This document shows, piece by piece, positions 1 to 13,003 of a stretch of DNA of 64,000 nt (position 1 is its first letter; every line of letters begins with the position of its first letter). Source of the stretch: Amoebophrya sp. A120 (lineage: Eukaryota; Protista; Dinoflagellata); contig CAJINV010000001.1 in the NCBI GenBank assembly GCA_905178155.1, positions 13,429,712 through 13,493,711 of the forward strand, read 5' to 3'. Below the pieces are notes generated by a model. The model was not told where the DNA came from. It searched no databases and saw only the letters and a program-made list of their open reading frames with translations. Made by a program: the position numbers and the translations under genes.

Positions 1-102
1 GAAAAATGGCGAAGCTGGTGAAGCTGGTGAAGCTGATGAAGTCGTGAAATTTGGCAAATCCGGAAAAATGGCGAAGCTGGTGAAGCTGGTGAAGCTGATG
101 AA
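1..102. repeat. Tandem repeat with 62-bp period and internal 9-bp unit (gaagctggt), truncated by the window edge
   Basis: gaaaaatggcgaagctggtgaagctggtgaagctgatgaa occurs at 1-40 and again at 63-102. Confidence 0.85.
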
Positions 103-364
103 TTTGCCCAATTTTGAAAATTCTGCAACGATGGCACGACCAGCCCAACATGACCAACCCCACTGGCCGGGTTGTTCTGTATTTCTATGTATATATTTAG
201 GGAGGGGAAATTCGGATGCTCTCTTATCTTAATTTTTTTCTTATCCGACAAAAAAAAATACGCAATTGGCGAGGCCCCACGGAAGAGCATGCTGCGTCGA
301 AGGTGCAGCAATAGCAAACAGTCAGATTAATTATAATGACAGCAAGAGCCACAATCAAAGTAAA

Positions 365-2918
365 TCAATCTGCATCCCCAACCCCATTACTCACAACTAC
401 AGCAATCAAAGCAATTAATACCGTAAGCGATGCTGGTCGTTTTTCCTGCGTCTTCTGCCCACCTTGTTGCGCAGCCACTAAGTGCCGAGCATCGACGGTT
501 TCCCTTCCTGCCTCAGCTTGCTGTAGCTGAAACGCTGTGCTCGATTGCGCTTTAACATCACGACCAGTCTCGCCTTGCTTGTCGCTGTCGCGAGCTCCCG
601 CCGGGGTAAAGCCGCTCTCTTGTTGCGCGGGTGCCGCCGGCTGCAGTGCCGCCGACAGCTCCTGTTCGGTTTTGGCACCCCTTTTTTCCATCCGGGACTT
701 TAACTTCGCGTCCTCCTCGGCCTGGGCCTGCCGCAGTTGCATTGCAGAGGAATCCGTAGCGATTTGCTCGGCTCTCGACCCGTTGTCACCCAGCACGCTC
801 TCCTCCTCCTTCTCGCTTAGGTCCTCTGACGTAGTCCGCGGTGAGCGAGCAGGGTCTAGCACTTCACCTTGGTATGGCTTCGCGGGGTCCCGTGGAAAAA
901 AGATTTCAGCGTCTGCGAGCTGCGCTGCGCTGATTGTAGGCTTACCCCCTCGCGCACCGTGCAGCACTTGATTGGTGTTGGTGACAGCACTCGTCGTGGC
1001 ACTGGGTGACTGCGCAGCCCCTTCTTGCGTCGAAAAAGTGCTGGTCGTGCCTGTCGCGGTCGACCCCTATTCGAAAGAAAAGAAAACTTCATGATGAGAA
1101 CTCGTCGCTTCTCGACACAACAGCTCAGTGGCAGGGCGTCTTCTACTTATGCGGCTGGGGGAAATTCAAATTGATCACATCCACATTGTCAGATTGCAGA
1201 AATACAAAATGAAACGAACGAAGTTTGCAATTGCACGTAAAAAGTATGCACGTCCATGGTACGATTACCGTATCGAGCGATGGCTTCTCCTGTGTCTCTG
1301 TTCCTTCTTGCTTTTGTCTCCGAGCCCCGCTTTTCGTTTCTTCCGCGACTTGCCGTGGCTTGATTTCTGACGAACTGTGTAGCAAATCGCTCGCAGTTTC
1401 CTTCGCCGTGCCTGCCACTGTGACGGGCGAGACGCCGCTCCGTTGCGCAGCTACCGCCGGCAGCGCCGACGACAGCTCCTGTTCGGTTTTGGCACCCCTT
1501 GCTTCCATCCGGGACTTCAACTTCGCGTCCTCTTCGGCCCGGGCCTGCCGCAGTTGGATTGCAGAGGAATCCGCAGCGGTTTGCTCTGCCCTCGACGCGT
1601 GCTCACCCTGCGTGCTTGCCTCCTCTGTCTTGCTCGGGTCCTCTGACGTAGTCCGCGGTGAGCGAGCAGCGTTTGGTACTTCATCTTGGTCTTGCACTTG
1701 CATCGAGGTGTCCCGTAAAGTAAAAATTTCAGTGTCTGCAATCTGCGCTGCGCGGTCCATTGGCTTACCCTCCTGCGCACCGTGAGCAACTTCATTTGTG
1801 TTCTTGACAGCACTCGCCGTGACCCTGGATGACTGCGCGGCCCGTTCTTGTATCGAAAGAGTGCTGGTCGCGCCCGTCGCACCCTGTGCGAAACCAATAG
1901 AAGGTTCATGATAAGATGAACTTGTGCACTTTTACAGATGTCGATCGCTACGTCTCGACACAACAGCTACAGCTCCGGAGGAGAGTAAGTACTATCTTTT
2001 TGGTCGACAATCAGATCATAAACACAAAAACAGGATAGAGAAAAGAAACTTCCATGCCCGGCAACAAAACAAACACAGGCATAAGAATACCGCTTCAACA
2101 AATGAAGGCGCCTTATTTTGTGTCTCTCTTCCGCCAGGTGATTGTCTCCGAGTTTCAGCCTTCGTTTCTTCGGCGGCTTGCCGTAGCTGCACTGCTGATT
2201 TGCTTGATGGCACCCCGCCACCTGTCTCGCCCTGCTTTCCACTGTCACGCGTACTTGTGGAGGTGGCGCCGCCCCCTGGCGGATATGTCCCACCCACTAC
2301 TTCTGCGGTTTGGACGCCCCTTGCTTCCAACGAAGGCTTCGACTGCGCGTGCTCCGCGGTTTGGGCCTGCTTTTCCTGTAGCTGGATAAAAGACGGCATG
2401 GTATCTTCGGGGCGTTGCTCATCCTGAGCGCTTTCCACAGCCGCGGCTTCTTGGGGAACTTTTACCTAGATCGCGGTTCGGTTTTGGGTTAATCTTTCTG
2501 AAATCCCCGATGAAATTTCCATAACATTACAAACTACATGTACATACGAAGAGCCCCACCTTGTTCAATACAATGACGCATTGTTCAGCTCGACTTCAGA
2601 AGGCAGTTCGTTGCGAAAGAGTTGTCATAGAGTAGAACATCATGATACGTCTTTTTCTGCATTTTTAACCACTTCCTCCGTCGCCGTGGTACCGTCAGCC
2701 GAAAACCAGGAAAAGAGCGTAGACCACAAACCACCGCTGTTCGCAGTGCCCGTCTGCGCCACTTCTTCGGTATCTGCGTCCGGCTCGATCCTTTTCCGCG
2801 GCTCCCTCTTTAACATCCTTCTCCTCGCAGCCACGAAGTAAACTGTGCCTTTTTGTATGTCCGTAAAGCAGCTGTGATACGCTGCCAGCGCGAGGACATT
2901 GCTCCTGCGCGACCGCAT
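365..2918 (-). CDS. Low-complexity repetitive protein, possibly secreted; exons 2918-2649, 2465-2091, 1883-1269, 1066-422 or reading on to the stop at 365; 3' end uncertain
   Basis: Three phase-0 GT..AG introns (2466-2648, 1884-2090, 1067-1268) join ORFs 2640-2987, 2016-2438, 1143-1760 and 365-967 in frame. N-terminus MRSRRSNVLALAAYHS is weakly signal-peptide-like. Confidence 0.6.
422..2090 (-). repeat. Tandemly duplicated exon+intron unit (~820-850 bp), with a partial third copy at 2091-2465
   Basis: Near-identical peptides (ARSPRTTSED, QLRQA.AEEDAKLKSRME.RGAKTEQELS) and shared intronic sequence (gctgttgtgtcgaga on the minus strand) in both copies. Confidence 0.85.
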
Positions 2919-3850
2919 GGCGGTGATCCGCTCTGGATTCTCCTGGAGGCTCGTTGGGTGAATAGCTGTAGTTCTTGGAATCTTCACGTGTCAGTGCGCA
3001 GGTGCGTGTGGTCTTCCGGTTTCATTTTCATTGATCACATTTTTTACAAGAAACAAAGAGAAACATGAGGAGAGGGTGCATTATACACGTAAATGAAATC
3101 ATACAAAAGAAGAGTTCGAGCTCATTAGATTTTTCACAGAAGCCACTGCGATGCGTCTGCACGACAGTGACATCCTGCACCTACGAAGTGAGTGTTTTAC
3201 AATGGATTCAAACAGCCCGATGAATCGAAAAAGCCACACATCGCTATAAGCGCGACCACTTAAACGGAATCCTACCTCAAAGTTTGTACTTCGACACTGC
3301 TCTCCCATTTGGACACGCACACGGCTCGCCCGCAGATCCCACAACATAATACACCCGAGTTCATGGTCAGCCCGATCGATGATGCATCCGTGCAAAAACT
3401 CATGAGCCACTCTTATTACTAAGCCAGACTCTGCATATGCATTCGCAACATGTTGCCTGCTGTGATGCTGTAGTGACTTCCATGTCTATTTCTCTTTTTA
3501 TATCTACCTGTTTTGGACCTCTATTTGACCGGCGATTTTCGACCATGACTTCAACTACCGCGAGTTAGCGTCGCTCCTGCACCAACTCGGACCGAGCCTC
3601 TTATTTCCCTTCTCAGATGCTCCTCTCGTCCGTGTGAAAAAGTAGAGCGCGAGAAAAACAAGTGAACCTGAATCTGAGCATAAAGAAATCTTCAATACTC
3701 AGGTCCTGAACTTTGCGTCTAGTTTGTTTGCACGAAACGCAATTTTTCCGCCTGCACCATCATCTTTGAAGATGCACAGTCGGTGAGGCGAATGAACACG
3801 AAACGTGCAGCGCACCAGAAATCATACATTCATATTTGTTTTCCGTCTCT

Positions 3851-6800
3851 TCACGATGCTCCTCCCGGACGACAGAAGGTTTTCGACAAATCGAAGAGCC
3901 GGAAGAACTCCACATAGTTCAGAAAATTGTCTTGGTCCGCGTCGCACTCGCGCCAGAGGTCGCCGAGGTCGCGCTCGCTGAGCCGCGGGTTCCACCGGTT
4001 TACCAGCACGTACCACCGCAGCTGGTCGATCCCGAACTCCTCAAACTCCGGCCGAACCAACGCTCGGAACACGTCGTAGCAGGTGTTTTCGCTCGTGTTT
4101 CGGAGGAAGTTGCTGAAATTCAGTGTCAAGCCACTAGAACCGCGACTTGTCGGACTGATCGTTTGGTTCAGCATGTGCTGCCGCACCGAGCTCGGACTCT
4201 TCGCCGCGGTTGCGGGGAAGCTGGAGAAGACCCCCCTTATCGTGTTGAATACGGCCTGTTCCTTCCAGTCGACCGGTTGGCGGCTCCCGTGCACCAAATC
4301 TGCGTGCTCGCAGTACTGTATGTCGTAGACGTATTTTTCGAATTCCGCGAAGGAGACCGCAAATTTCTTCCGGTCGGCCAAGGCCAGCTGGTTCGCGGTC
4401 TGCTTCAACAAAGTCCCGGTCTGCGCCGCCTTGGTCTGGTCTTCCTTCGCATACGAAAACGGGTTCCGCGGGTCGTCAAAATCATCTGTCGCAGGCGGCT
4501 TCTCCTCCACATCATTTTCCTGATCCTGTCCTGCAGCGCTGGAAGAGGACGCACTGCTCGACGCGCTGCTCTCCGCTTCGGACGAGGACCCCGCGCTGCT
4601 GCTGGACGCGGAGGAGGAAGACGAGGGTTGCTGTGCGCGCAGCTTGCGGAGCCGCTCCTCCTCCTCCAGCAGCTTTTTCCGCTGCGTCGGACTCAGCACC
4701 GCGGGCGCGGACTTACGCTGCTTAACGGGCTTCTTCCCCTTGCCGATGGAGTTTAAAAGTTTCTCTTTCGCCAGCTGCATTTTGCGCTCCATCTCCGCTT
4801 TGCGGCGCGCGTTGGCCCGGTCCTGGCCGAAGCGCGTGCTGATCTTTTCCAGGTCCGACTCGAACCTCTCGCGAAACTCGTCCCCGAAGGGAGCGTCGGG
4901 GTGCACCAGACCGCGAAACCAGACCAGCTGCGAGTCGGGGTCCACACGGAGGATGCTGACGTAGGTTCCGAACTCCAGGTTGTACGGGTTTTCCGGAACA
5001 AACGTAGCGCACATCAAATGCTGCATCGCCACGAGCCGCCCGAGGTATTCGAGAACGTTGCGACTCGTCAGGCAGTTGGCGGCCGGCTCGGAGTACCTGT
5101 GGTTAGAGTTTCGTTGCGTTTGTTTTGTGTTAGTTCCCCGGCATGACCATGAGAAAAATCCGTCGTATTATAGCACACGACTGAGATTATTGATGATCTT
5201 TTTTAAGCAACGAACAGTACCTGTAGCTCGCGAGATCCCTCGTGAACGTGCCCTCGCCCCAGAGGACGAGACTCGAGCTTCCGGTGTCCGGCAATTCGCC
5301 GTACACAACCCGTTGCGGGCGCCACGTGTACAGAACGCGAAACGGTGGCGCTTCGAGGTCTTCAAACTGCAGGCCAGCAAGCATATTCCACAACAACGGG
5401 ATGCCTGGAAAGTAAAGATATGCACATGATGTCAGGGTTAGCATATGAAAATTAGCAAATGCAAAAAACAATCCTGCCTCGTCACGCAAGTCAAGAGCGC
5501 ACGCAAGCACGGTAGGCCAATCAGATGAAACACGATGCTGAAATACCAACGCCGTTGAGATTGTGGTATCCCCCAAGCATTTTCGCGACTGCTTTTTCCA
5601 GCAGGAAGCTCCAAAGCTCGCCGCCGCGGTTGGTGGAGAAAACGGGGTAGCCGTTGATGCAGGGCACCAAGTCGTTCAGCACAACCTCCTCACGGCAGTA
5701 GTTCTTCTGTGGGTGAAACAGGTACACCACGTAGGGACCGTTCGCGCCCGCATGGCTGTCCCGCTGCGCGCCGAATGCGCGGAGTATCAGCTCCGGACAA
5801 CGCTCGCAGATCACCCGCACGGCCTGCACGAAGCTGCTGTCCCCGAGGCCCTGCTCAAGGTCCGAGGGTTGCAGCGCCGAAAAGAGCCGCGGCGGCACGA
5901 CGAAGGACAGAGACGCGAGCGAATTCGCGATCATCTGTGGCAGCGGCGGTGCGGCCGAGGGCACTGTCTGGCCCACGCAATACGACTGCGGATCCACGTT
6001 TGGCGGTCGCGGAGCGTATTGGTACTCATCGGACATGGCCACTGCGGCCGGGAGACCGCTTGATGATGCCTCCTGTGCGGCCACTGGCGGCCCGAAAATG
6101 CTTCCCGGTGAGGCGGAAGGATCCGCGCCACCGTCTTCCGCCGCCTGCGCAGATGACTGTTGCGGTGGATCTTCGGCTGCAGCGCTCGCATCCGCTCCCA
6201 CGTCCTGCTGATCCGCTGCGCCGAGCTGATTGCAGGCACCGATCCCGGGGTCCATGCCGTCCAACTTCGGGCCAGCACTAGTCGACACAGGCCGCTGCTC
6301 GAGACCCTGCCTATTGGGAGCAATCGTGGCGCTCAGTGCACCATTTGGATCTTGCACCGATTCCTGCACGTAGTAGGACGAAGCCGCCAGGGGATTCAGC
6401 ACCGGTTGCGGCATCGGAACGAGTCCAAATGCCGGGACTTGGTACTTGTCCGCGAGGATGATCTCGGTCGCGCTCCGCCAGTGTACACGATGCTTCGACA
6501 AAGTGACTCCGCAGGCGGTGGTCGTGTTTGCAAAGTGGTCTTCGAAATGCGCCACCGCCGGCTCGTACACAGACGGCGGCACCCAGCGCTGCGTCCGGGG
6601 GCTCGGCACCGTGTTGCGCAGAAAGCTGGTATTCGGACTGCCATCATCCTCCTCAACATTTGTTCCGCCGGCGCCGGAATACGAGCCGCGTAACCGCAGC
6701 CGCAGCGGTTCGTATTGGTACTGGTCGCTGGCAGTATCGTTTCTCCCGGGCGTGCGACCGTACATGTTCGGGTTTGTCGAACCGGTCGACGACAGAAACT

Positions 6801-8945
6801 GCGCCTGTGCCGCGGCATTCGTCGTCGTCCCGGCGCTGGATGCGCATATTTTTCGCATTTTGCGCAGACGCACAAAGTCGTCTATGCGCTGCTCGGACAC
6901 TGGTTCGTCGACGCAAACCGCCTCAGTGTAGACGGTCGTGTTTTCTATGACCTCCACACTGCGGAAGAACCGCTCGCACAAGCGCCAGTCCGTGGCATCC
7001 TGGAGCAGCAAGTCCTCAACTTCGCGATTCGAGGCGAGAAACGGCTCTGCGGGGATATCCCCTGCGAGCGCGGCGGGCACCGACGCCGGGCCCGATTTCC
7101 GGAACTGCGACCCGGGCGTCAAGGTTTGGTCGCTGCTCTTTCTTCGAGCAGTCTCCCCCGAGGGGGAACGCCCGAAACCCGGTTCCTGTGACGGCCGGGA
7201 GCCCCCTCCCGAAGCGGCCGACATGGCCTGCTGCGCCACACCGAATACCCCGCTGCTGAACATGGTTTTTGGAAATAACTCCTTGTCTTTGTCCTTGTCT
7301 TTATTTTTTGGGCTGTTCGTCATGATCAAGTTCTGGGGCTGGCGTGCGCTGGGAACGGCCTGCGTTTCCGCATCCGCAGTCTTCGGTTCCTCGCTGAAAC
7401 TGTGCTGCCGCTGCAGCAGCGGACTCGGCGTCAACTGGCCGTCGGTCTCGAGATTTTCCAACTCGATCGCGGGCGGTGTCTCCGATGGGGGCTCCGGCTT
7501 CGCCTCCTCATCCTTCTTCGGCACCTCTGCTAGTGGCTCCGGCTTCTTGTCCGGCACAGGCTCCAGCTTCTTCTCCTCCAACTTGTTCTGCTCTGTACCG
7601 CTGCCCGCCTGCTTTTCCGCATCTACCGCTGCGCTGTCGTCTGGTGGTGTCGGCGTCGCTTCCTTGTCTCCCCCGTCCTCTCTTGAATCCGATGCGGCTT
7701 CTTTGCTCTCGTCCTTGGCGTCTTCGTCGGCGTCGGACTTCTTTCCACCGGACTGCTCGTCATCGCCGCCGCCCCCATCCTCCGCTGCGTCTTCCTTCTT
7801 CGTTTCCTCGTCGGGCGGCGGATCGGGAGCGATCACCGATTCGCTCTGGATCGGCGCGGCGTCCTCCAGAACTACACTTGTATCGATCTCGACTTCTTTG
7901 TCCGCAGTGTCCGCGTCCTTGTCCCCGTCGCTTGCCTTTGCCTTAGAGCTGCTCGCAGCTCCTGCTTCCTTCCGCGCACCGCCCGCCTCAGGTTCCTCTA
8001 CTGGCGGCTTTGTGGGCGCGGCCTCGCGCTTGCGCCGCGAGGACGTGCGAGAGGTGTCTCGCAGCCACTCCGTGTAGGGGATCACACCGTCCTTGGTGCT
8101 CGCCGCCGCCTTTTTCAACAGCCCGAGACTGGCGCTGTCGTTCAGGTTCAGCTCCGTCAGAATTTCCAGCAGCTCGGTCACGCCGATTTGCCCGCTGAGA
8201 TTCTCGTCCTTCGTGAGAAACAGGCTGCCGACGTCGGGGACCGATCGCTCGAGCAAATCGAGCAACTGGGCCACATCCTGTCGCGACTCCTTCGCCTTGA
8301 CCCGCTCGAGCGGAGACCCCGCCTCCTGGTCAGCGGTGGCACGACTACGGCCACGAGCGGGGGTGGTTGGAGCACTGGTGCCGACACCTGTAGTACGGCG
8401 AACATGCCCTTATTGAAGACGGGGTCGTCGAGCGCTTTAATCCAAAGAGAATTACACGGAAAGCGAAAGGATCGAACAAGCACGACACAGCACAAGCACT
8501 GCAGAAAAGATAAGAAAATGTATGCAATAAATCAACATACCGCCAATCGATGGTGAGGAGTTGAGCAGGCTTTGATTCTCAGCTAGCCACCTGCTCACGT
8601 CTAGGCTCGTGTCCAAGCCTCGTGGCGGTAATCGCTTCAGCAGCGCTCCCAGAAAGTTTGGCTGCACGGGCGCAAGTCCCTCGTCTGCCAAGGCTGCTTG
8701 GAGTTCGTTCGCGTAGATAGGCTGACCTGAAAAGAAATTTTTTTATCTGTGCTGACTCCTGCCAACTGCAACACCATACCAGCACGTTAGTTCAAATTCT
8801 TACTCTTAGGTAATGAATACGAGTAGCATCAAACAAGATTACAAACTAATCAAACAATACGTCCAGGCTGTTTGAGCGGGTGAGAAGGCGGCAGTTCCTG
8901 CAGTTGCGCAAGTAACTCTGATTCTAAACGTGTAAGCAAATCCAT
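3851..8945 (-). CDS. Calpain-like protein, catalytically degenerate, with EF-hands, ~1513 aa; exons 8945-8861, 8726-8541, 8387-5547, 5404-5221, 5096-3851
   Basis: CysPc motifs QGLGDSSF, VVLNDLVP, ELWSFLLEKAVAKMLGGY. EF-hand loops DENLSGQIGVTEL and DADQDNFLNYVEF. Four GT..AG introns give an open 4542-nt CDS. Confidence 0.8.
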
Positions 8946-9543
8946 TTTCGCTATGTATTGTAATGGCTTACGCACACCCAAACTTTTTATCTCGATGTGA
9001 GAAGTACTGTGTGAAAGGGAAGGAAAGGTAGAAAAACTTACCAATCATTCAAAATGACTGAACCGCGAGGTGAATACCTTGCTTCGTATTTCCATGCTCT
9101 CCGGAACATGCGAAAGAAAACTCGACAGAAAAAAGCGAAAAAGTAAAAAAAAGCCAATTGCTCTCTTACGCTCGGGACAAAAGAGAAACGCCGTCTTGCC
9201 ACAAAAAAGCGACGAAACCCTCAAAAACGACAAGATTTGAAAGTGCACTCACGGTCATACACTATTTTTCGATACCTCAGCAGCTCTCTCAACACGACGA
9301 AAGGGAGAGCGAAGCGAATGACCTTTTGCGCGGAAACGAAACCATTATCGATGTGTTGCCGACGGCACTGCTGTAACGAATTGGGGCACCCACACATCCA
9401 TCAAGAAGATTCATTGCGTCAGCGTCGCGTTTCTATCTACTACCAAAAACATCGATCGATCAAATGAACTCAAGCGTCGGTATGTACAATCCCTCGATCT
9501 GCGTGACTAATATGTGTTTGTGCGGGCGCAAGTACACAACTTT

Positions 9544-12500
9544 CTAAAGATCTAGATCGTTTTCCAGACAGTATTCCAGATCAAACTCCACATCTCCTCC
9601 AGGATCTCGAAGCAGCTGCACATCGTCTAAAGGGACATCCTCTTTGTTATCTTTCTCTGCTTTGTCGCCTGAGCCAACAACGTCTGCTTTCAGCATCATG
9701 TCTCCAGAAGCGGACGCTGTGCTTTCTCGATTTCCGTCCTCGGTCTTCTCGATGCCCGCGCCCCCGGCTGCGCCCTGTTCGACAGCTGCCACAGTCGCTG
9801 TCTCTCCTTCCTGGTTTGGTTGTTGGACCTGGTTCGAACCTCCTGCTCCTGAACCCTTTTTCACCTCCGCCGATGAAGTGGTAGTAGCTTTATTTGCTGC
9901 TTCATCACCGTCAGCTGACGCGGTTTTTAACAACTTCATGAAAATGGCATCACTTGCGGACGGCGTTTCCCGAGTCGGCGCTACGGTGTTCCCAGGGCCC
10001 TGGATGTTCGGTTCCTTGTCCGGCAGAGCTATGACCTGCTCTGGCTTTGCCTGCGCAACTGCAGCATCGTCGCTGCTCGTTTCTGCGGAATTCCTAGTGA
10101 CCCGATCTGCGGTGCCAGCGGCACGATTATGGGCCTGTTGATTTATTGGGGTGCGTGTGAAATAAAGCAATGAAGGCCGCGTCGATTTGGGTAGTAAACA
10201 AAGCGCCGCGAGACGTCAGTAGACAAACCAAGTGGCACACGGTCGTATGGAACTACAAGGCGAGCATGAAAATTCCGCTCGGTCATTGTAAACAAGAAGC
10301 AATCAAAAGTACCTCCGCACTTGACGCCGAAATCTTCGACGAGCCTGCTTTTTTTTCGGTGCTGCGCAGCACAGAACTCAACCGGCGCAGGGGTCGACGC
10401 GTCGTCTTGTCTCCTATGAGCGCATTTGCCGACGTGGCCTCTGGTTTATTCGTAGCTTTGTTCTCTGCTGCAACATTGATCCCATTCAGCACCGCAGAAG
10501 TTGTTGTACTCGTCGGCGCAGCTTGTTTGTTTCCTTCGTCGGGAAAGACTTCGACGAGGTTGCCTGCACAGCCCCAGCGGTTTGCCCCGGACGTCACCCA
10601 GCCTCTTACTGGCCGGGAGCCCTGACGCGCGACTTCCATGCGCAGAACGTTGCCTGCGGTGACGGGGCCCGTGACCAGTTCCACCCGTTCTGCGCGGGTC
10701 AAGTAGCCCAAAGCGCCGCTCCCAATCTCGAAACTTTCATTCAGCACCAGTTTCGAGCACGTAACCTCGAAAATGCGACGCGACGGCAGAGCCTTGTTTC
10801 TCATGCAACTGAGGAGCACGGTTTGAGCTGGTATTTTCTCCGCCTCTGCATCACCGTGTTTGACTACCATCTTCGGTTTGTTCCCCTCTTCAACACAACC
10901 CGCGCGCTGCTTGATGGATGATGATGATATGAACGACTCCTGGTCGACTTCCTGCAGCTTCTGCTGTGAAAAAGGAGGAGCAGCAGGTGGCTCATTTCTC
11001 AACATCTCATCTTTCCCACTGGCGGAGGTAATTGACGACGACTTTCCGATCGGCAAGGCACTGAGTACTTGCTTAGCTTTGCTGCTATGCACCACTTCCG
11101 CCGAGAGCGACAGCGTCGATTTCGTTCCCAACGGCGGTCGAGGCAAAGGGCATGGGCCGCACTTGGCAATATCTTCATCGGCTTTATTTACCGGTTCATC
11201 TATTTTCATAGCGGCAAAACTTGTTCGTCTTCGGTCTTTCCGAAATTCGCTGGACGCACAACGTTCTTTCGGTCCTCCTGCTGGACAGTCAGATTTCGCT
11301 CGCTGATCCGGAGGCAAAACGACGACATTGGTACTTGTATCCTGTGCACTCTCAGCGTGTTTAGAATCGTCGGCGGGCTTAGCTGCCTCCTGGTCAACTA
11401 CAGGTCCAGGATCGTCTTGTTCACCCTTCTGTCGCACACCATTAGCAGACGTATCTAGCCGACTGCCGAGCATAGCGAACGTAACAGGTTGAGGGCCTAC
11501 AGGACGGTGTTGCAGCACAGGAGCGTTTGCCTTGATAGAGGAACCTTTCGGTACACACGGCGGCAGGGCTGCAGGCACAGGGACTCCTAACACAGCGGGC
11601 TCCACCTCTTGCAGAACTGCGATCAACTTGTCCCGATACTGCGAAGAGGTAATCACCACTTCCTTCTTGCAGAGCCCTTCCAGCAGCCACAACACAAGAC
11701 CGTTAGCGTCCGTGGGCTTCTTTTGTCGTGGTTCGGCGTGGTCAGGGTCACACTGCGTTCCTACATGAGTTTGTTGTAGTATTTGTTCAGCTGGCGCTTT
11801 CGTTGCACAAGCAGCAGCAGCAGAAGCTGGATTACTTGTTCCCACCACGCCCGCCGTTTTTATTTCAGTCTCCACATGATCAGCAGCTCCAGCTTCAGCT
11901 TTATCCACTGTCCGCCCCTTTTCGGCAGGAGTACTACTAGCAGCGTCCAAACCAGTGTCAACGACACGTGCCCGACTTCGGGAACGGGAACGCAGTCTCG
12001 CCCTCTGCGCACGACTCTCCTCCAGTACCTTACTTCTCTCGGGCGTGTAATTCTTGCCTCGTTTCTCCTCGGCGAGCCGCCTTGCGGTGCTCGTCCGTGG
12101 TGGCCGGCGCGGTTTTATCGTGATCGGCTGAGAACAAGCCCTGCGATAATCGTCCGGCTCAGATTCAGACTCACATTCGAACGCCCGCAGCCGCATCCGA
12201 TAGTTCGGCGGGGATTTCTTCGTGCCGGCGCGGTACTCGTCCAACGGACGCTCCAAAGCATCCAGTACATTGCGTGCGCGCGCTCGCATCTCCCGGCTGG
12301 TCGTGTCTAGTACTTCGTCCATCCTCAGTTTGGTCTCTCCCTTCAAAGGCTTGTTGCTTTCGTCTGCCTCACGACGTTGTTTTCGCTCTCCGCTCCGTCT
12401 CCGACCGCGATCTTCTTGGTGTCTCTCCTTCTTGGGAGAATGATTATCCTCTGACACCCGGTCGTCCCGTTTGCTCGTGGTCTTTTTTTTCGTGTCCACT

Positions 12501-13003
12501 TCCTCTTGCGTGCCTTTCTTCTTCGCAGATCCTGAACGCCTGTTCCTTTTCCTACCGCTATCATTTCGCCGACCATCATCGCTTGAATCGGGAAGATCAT
12601 ACTTTTCTACCTTCTTGATCTTGTGCTTATCCCCGAACTTCGTGCTTGCGAGCTTGGGGGACTCCTCCGCCTCCGCTCCTCCTTTCGTCTGGCGGCGGGC
12701 ACGCGTCGTTAAGGGCACACTGCGCAAGAAGTCGTCCATTTCGCCCTCTTTTCCCGCGGCCCGACGTTTTTTTCGGTCTGTGGACACGGAGCTACGCCTC
12801 GTTTCGGGAGAGCTGCGGCTGCGCCGTCGCTTTTTGCCTTCTTTTTTGGATTTTTCCTTGGGCTCCTTTTCTACTTTCAGATGCTCTTTGGCCTCCTTGT
12901 CTTTGTCGCGCTCCCCGCGATCCTTGTGCCTCCTCTCGGATTTTTTCTTTTTGTGGTCTCTCGAACGCGACGTGCTGCGACGCGCACGGGAGTTCCGCCC
13001 CAT
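9544..13003 (-). CDS. Arg/Ser/Lys-rich low-complexity protein with an SH3-like beta domain; exons 13003-10313, 10134-9544
   Basis: ORF 10283-13075 joins ORF 9544-10170 through phase-0 intron 10135-10312 (gtactt..cag). RS-rich N-terminus; segment LGYLTRAERVELVTGPV..VLRMEV..VRGWVT. Confidence 0.7.

Noticed and set aside
1-102. CRISPR-like repeat
   Set aside because: Two copies with internal 9-bp periodicity, a eukaryotic context and no cas genes.
196-202. Single TTTAGGG telomere-like unit
   Set aside because: Only one copy; expected by chance.
1010-1030. Apparent frameshift in the distal repeat exon
   Set aside because: A recount shows four G's; exon 1066-422 is open.
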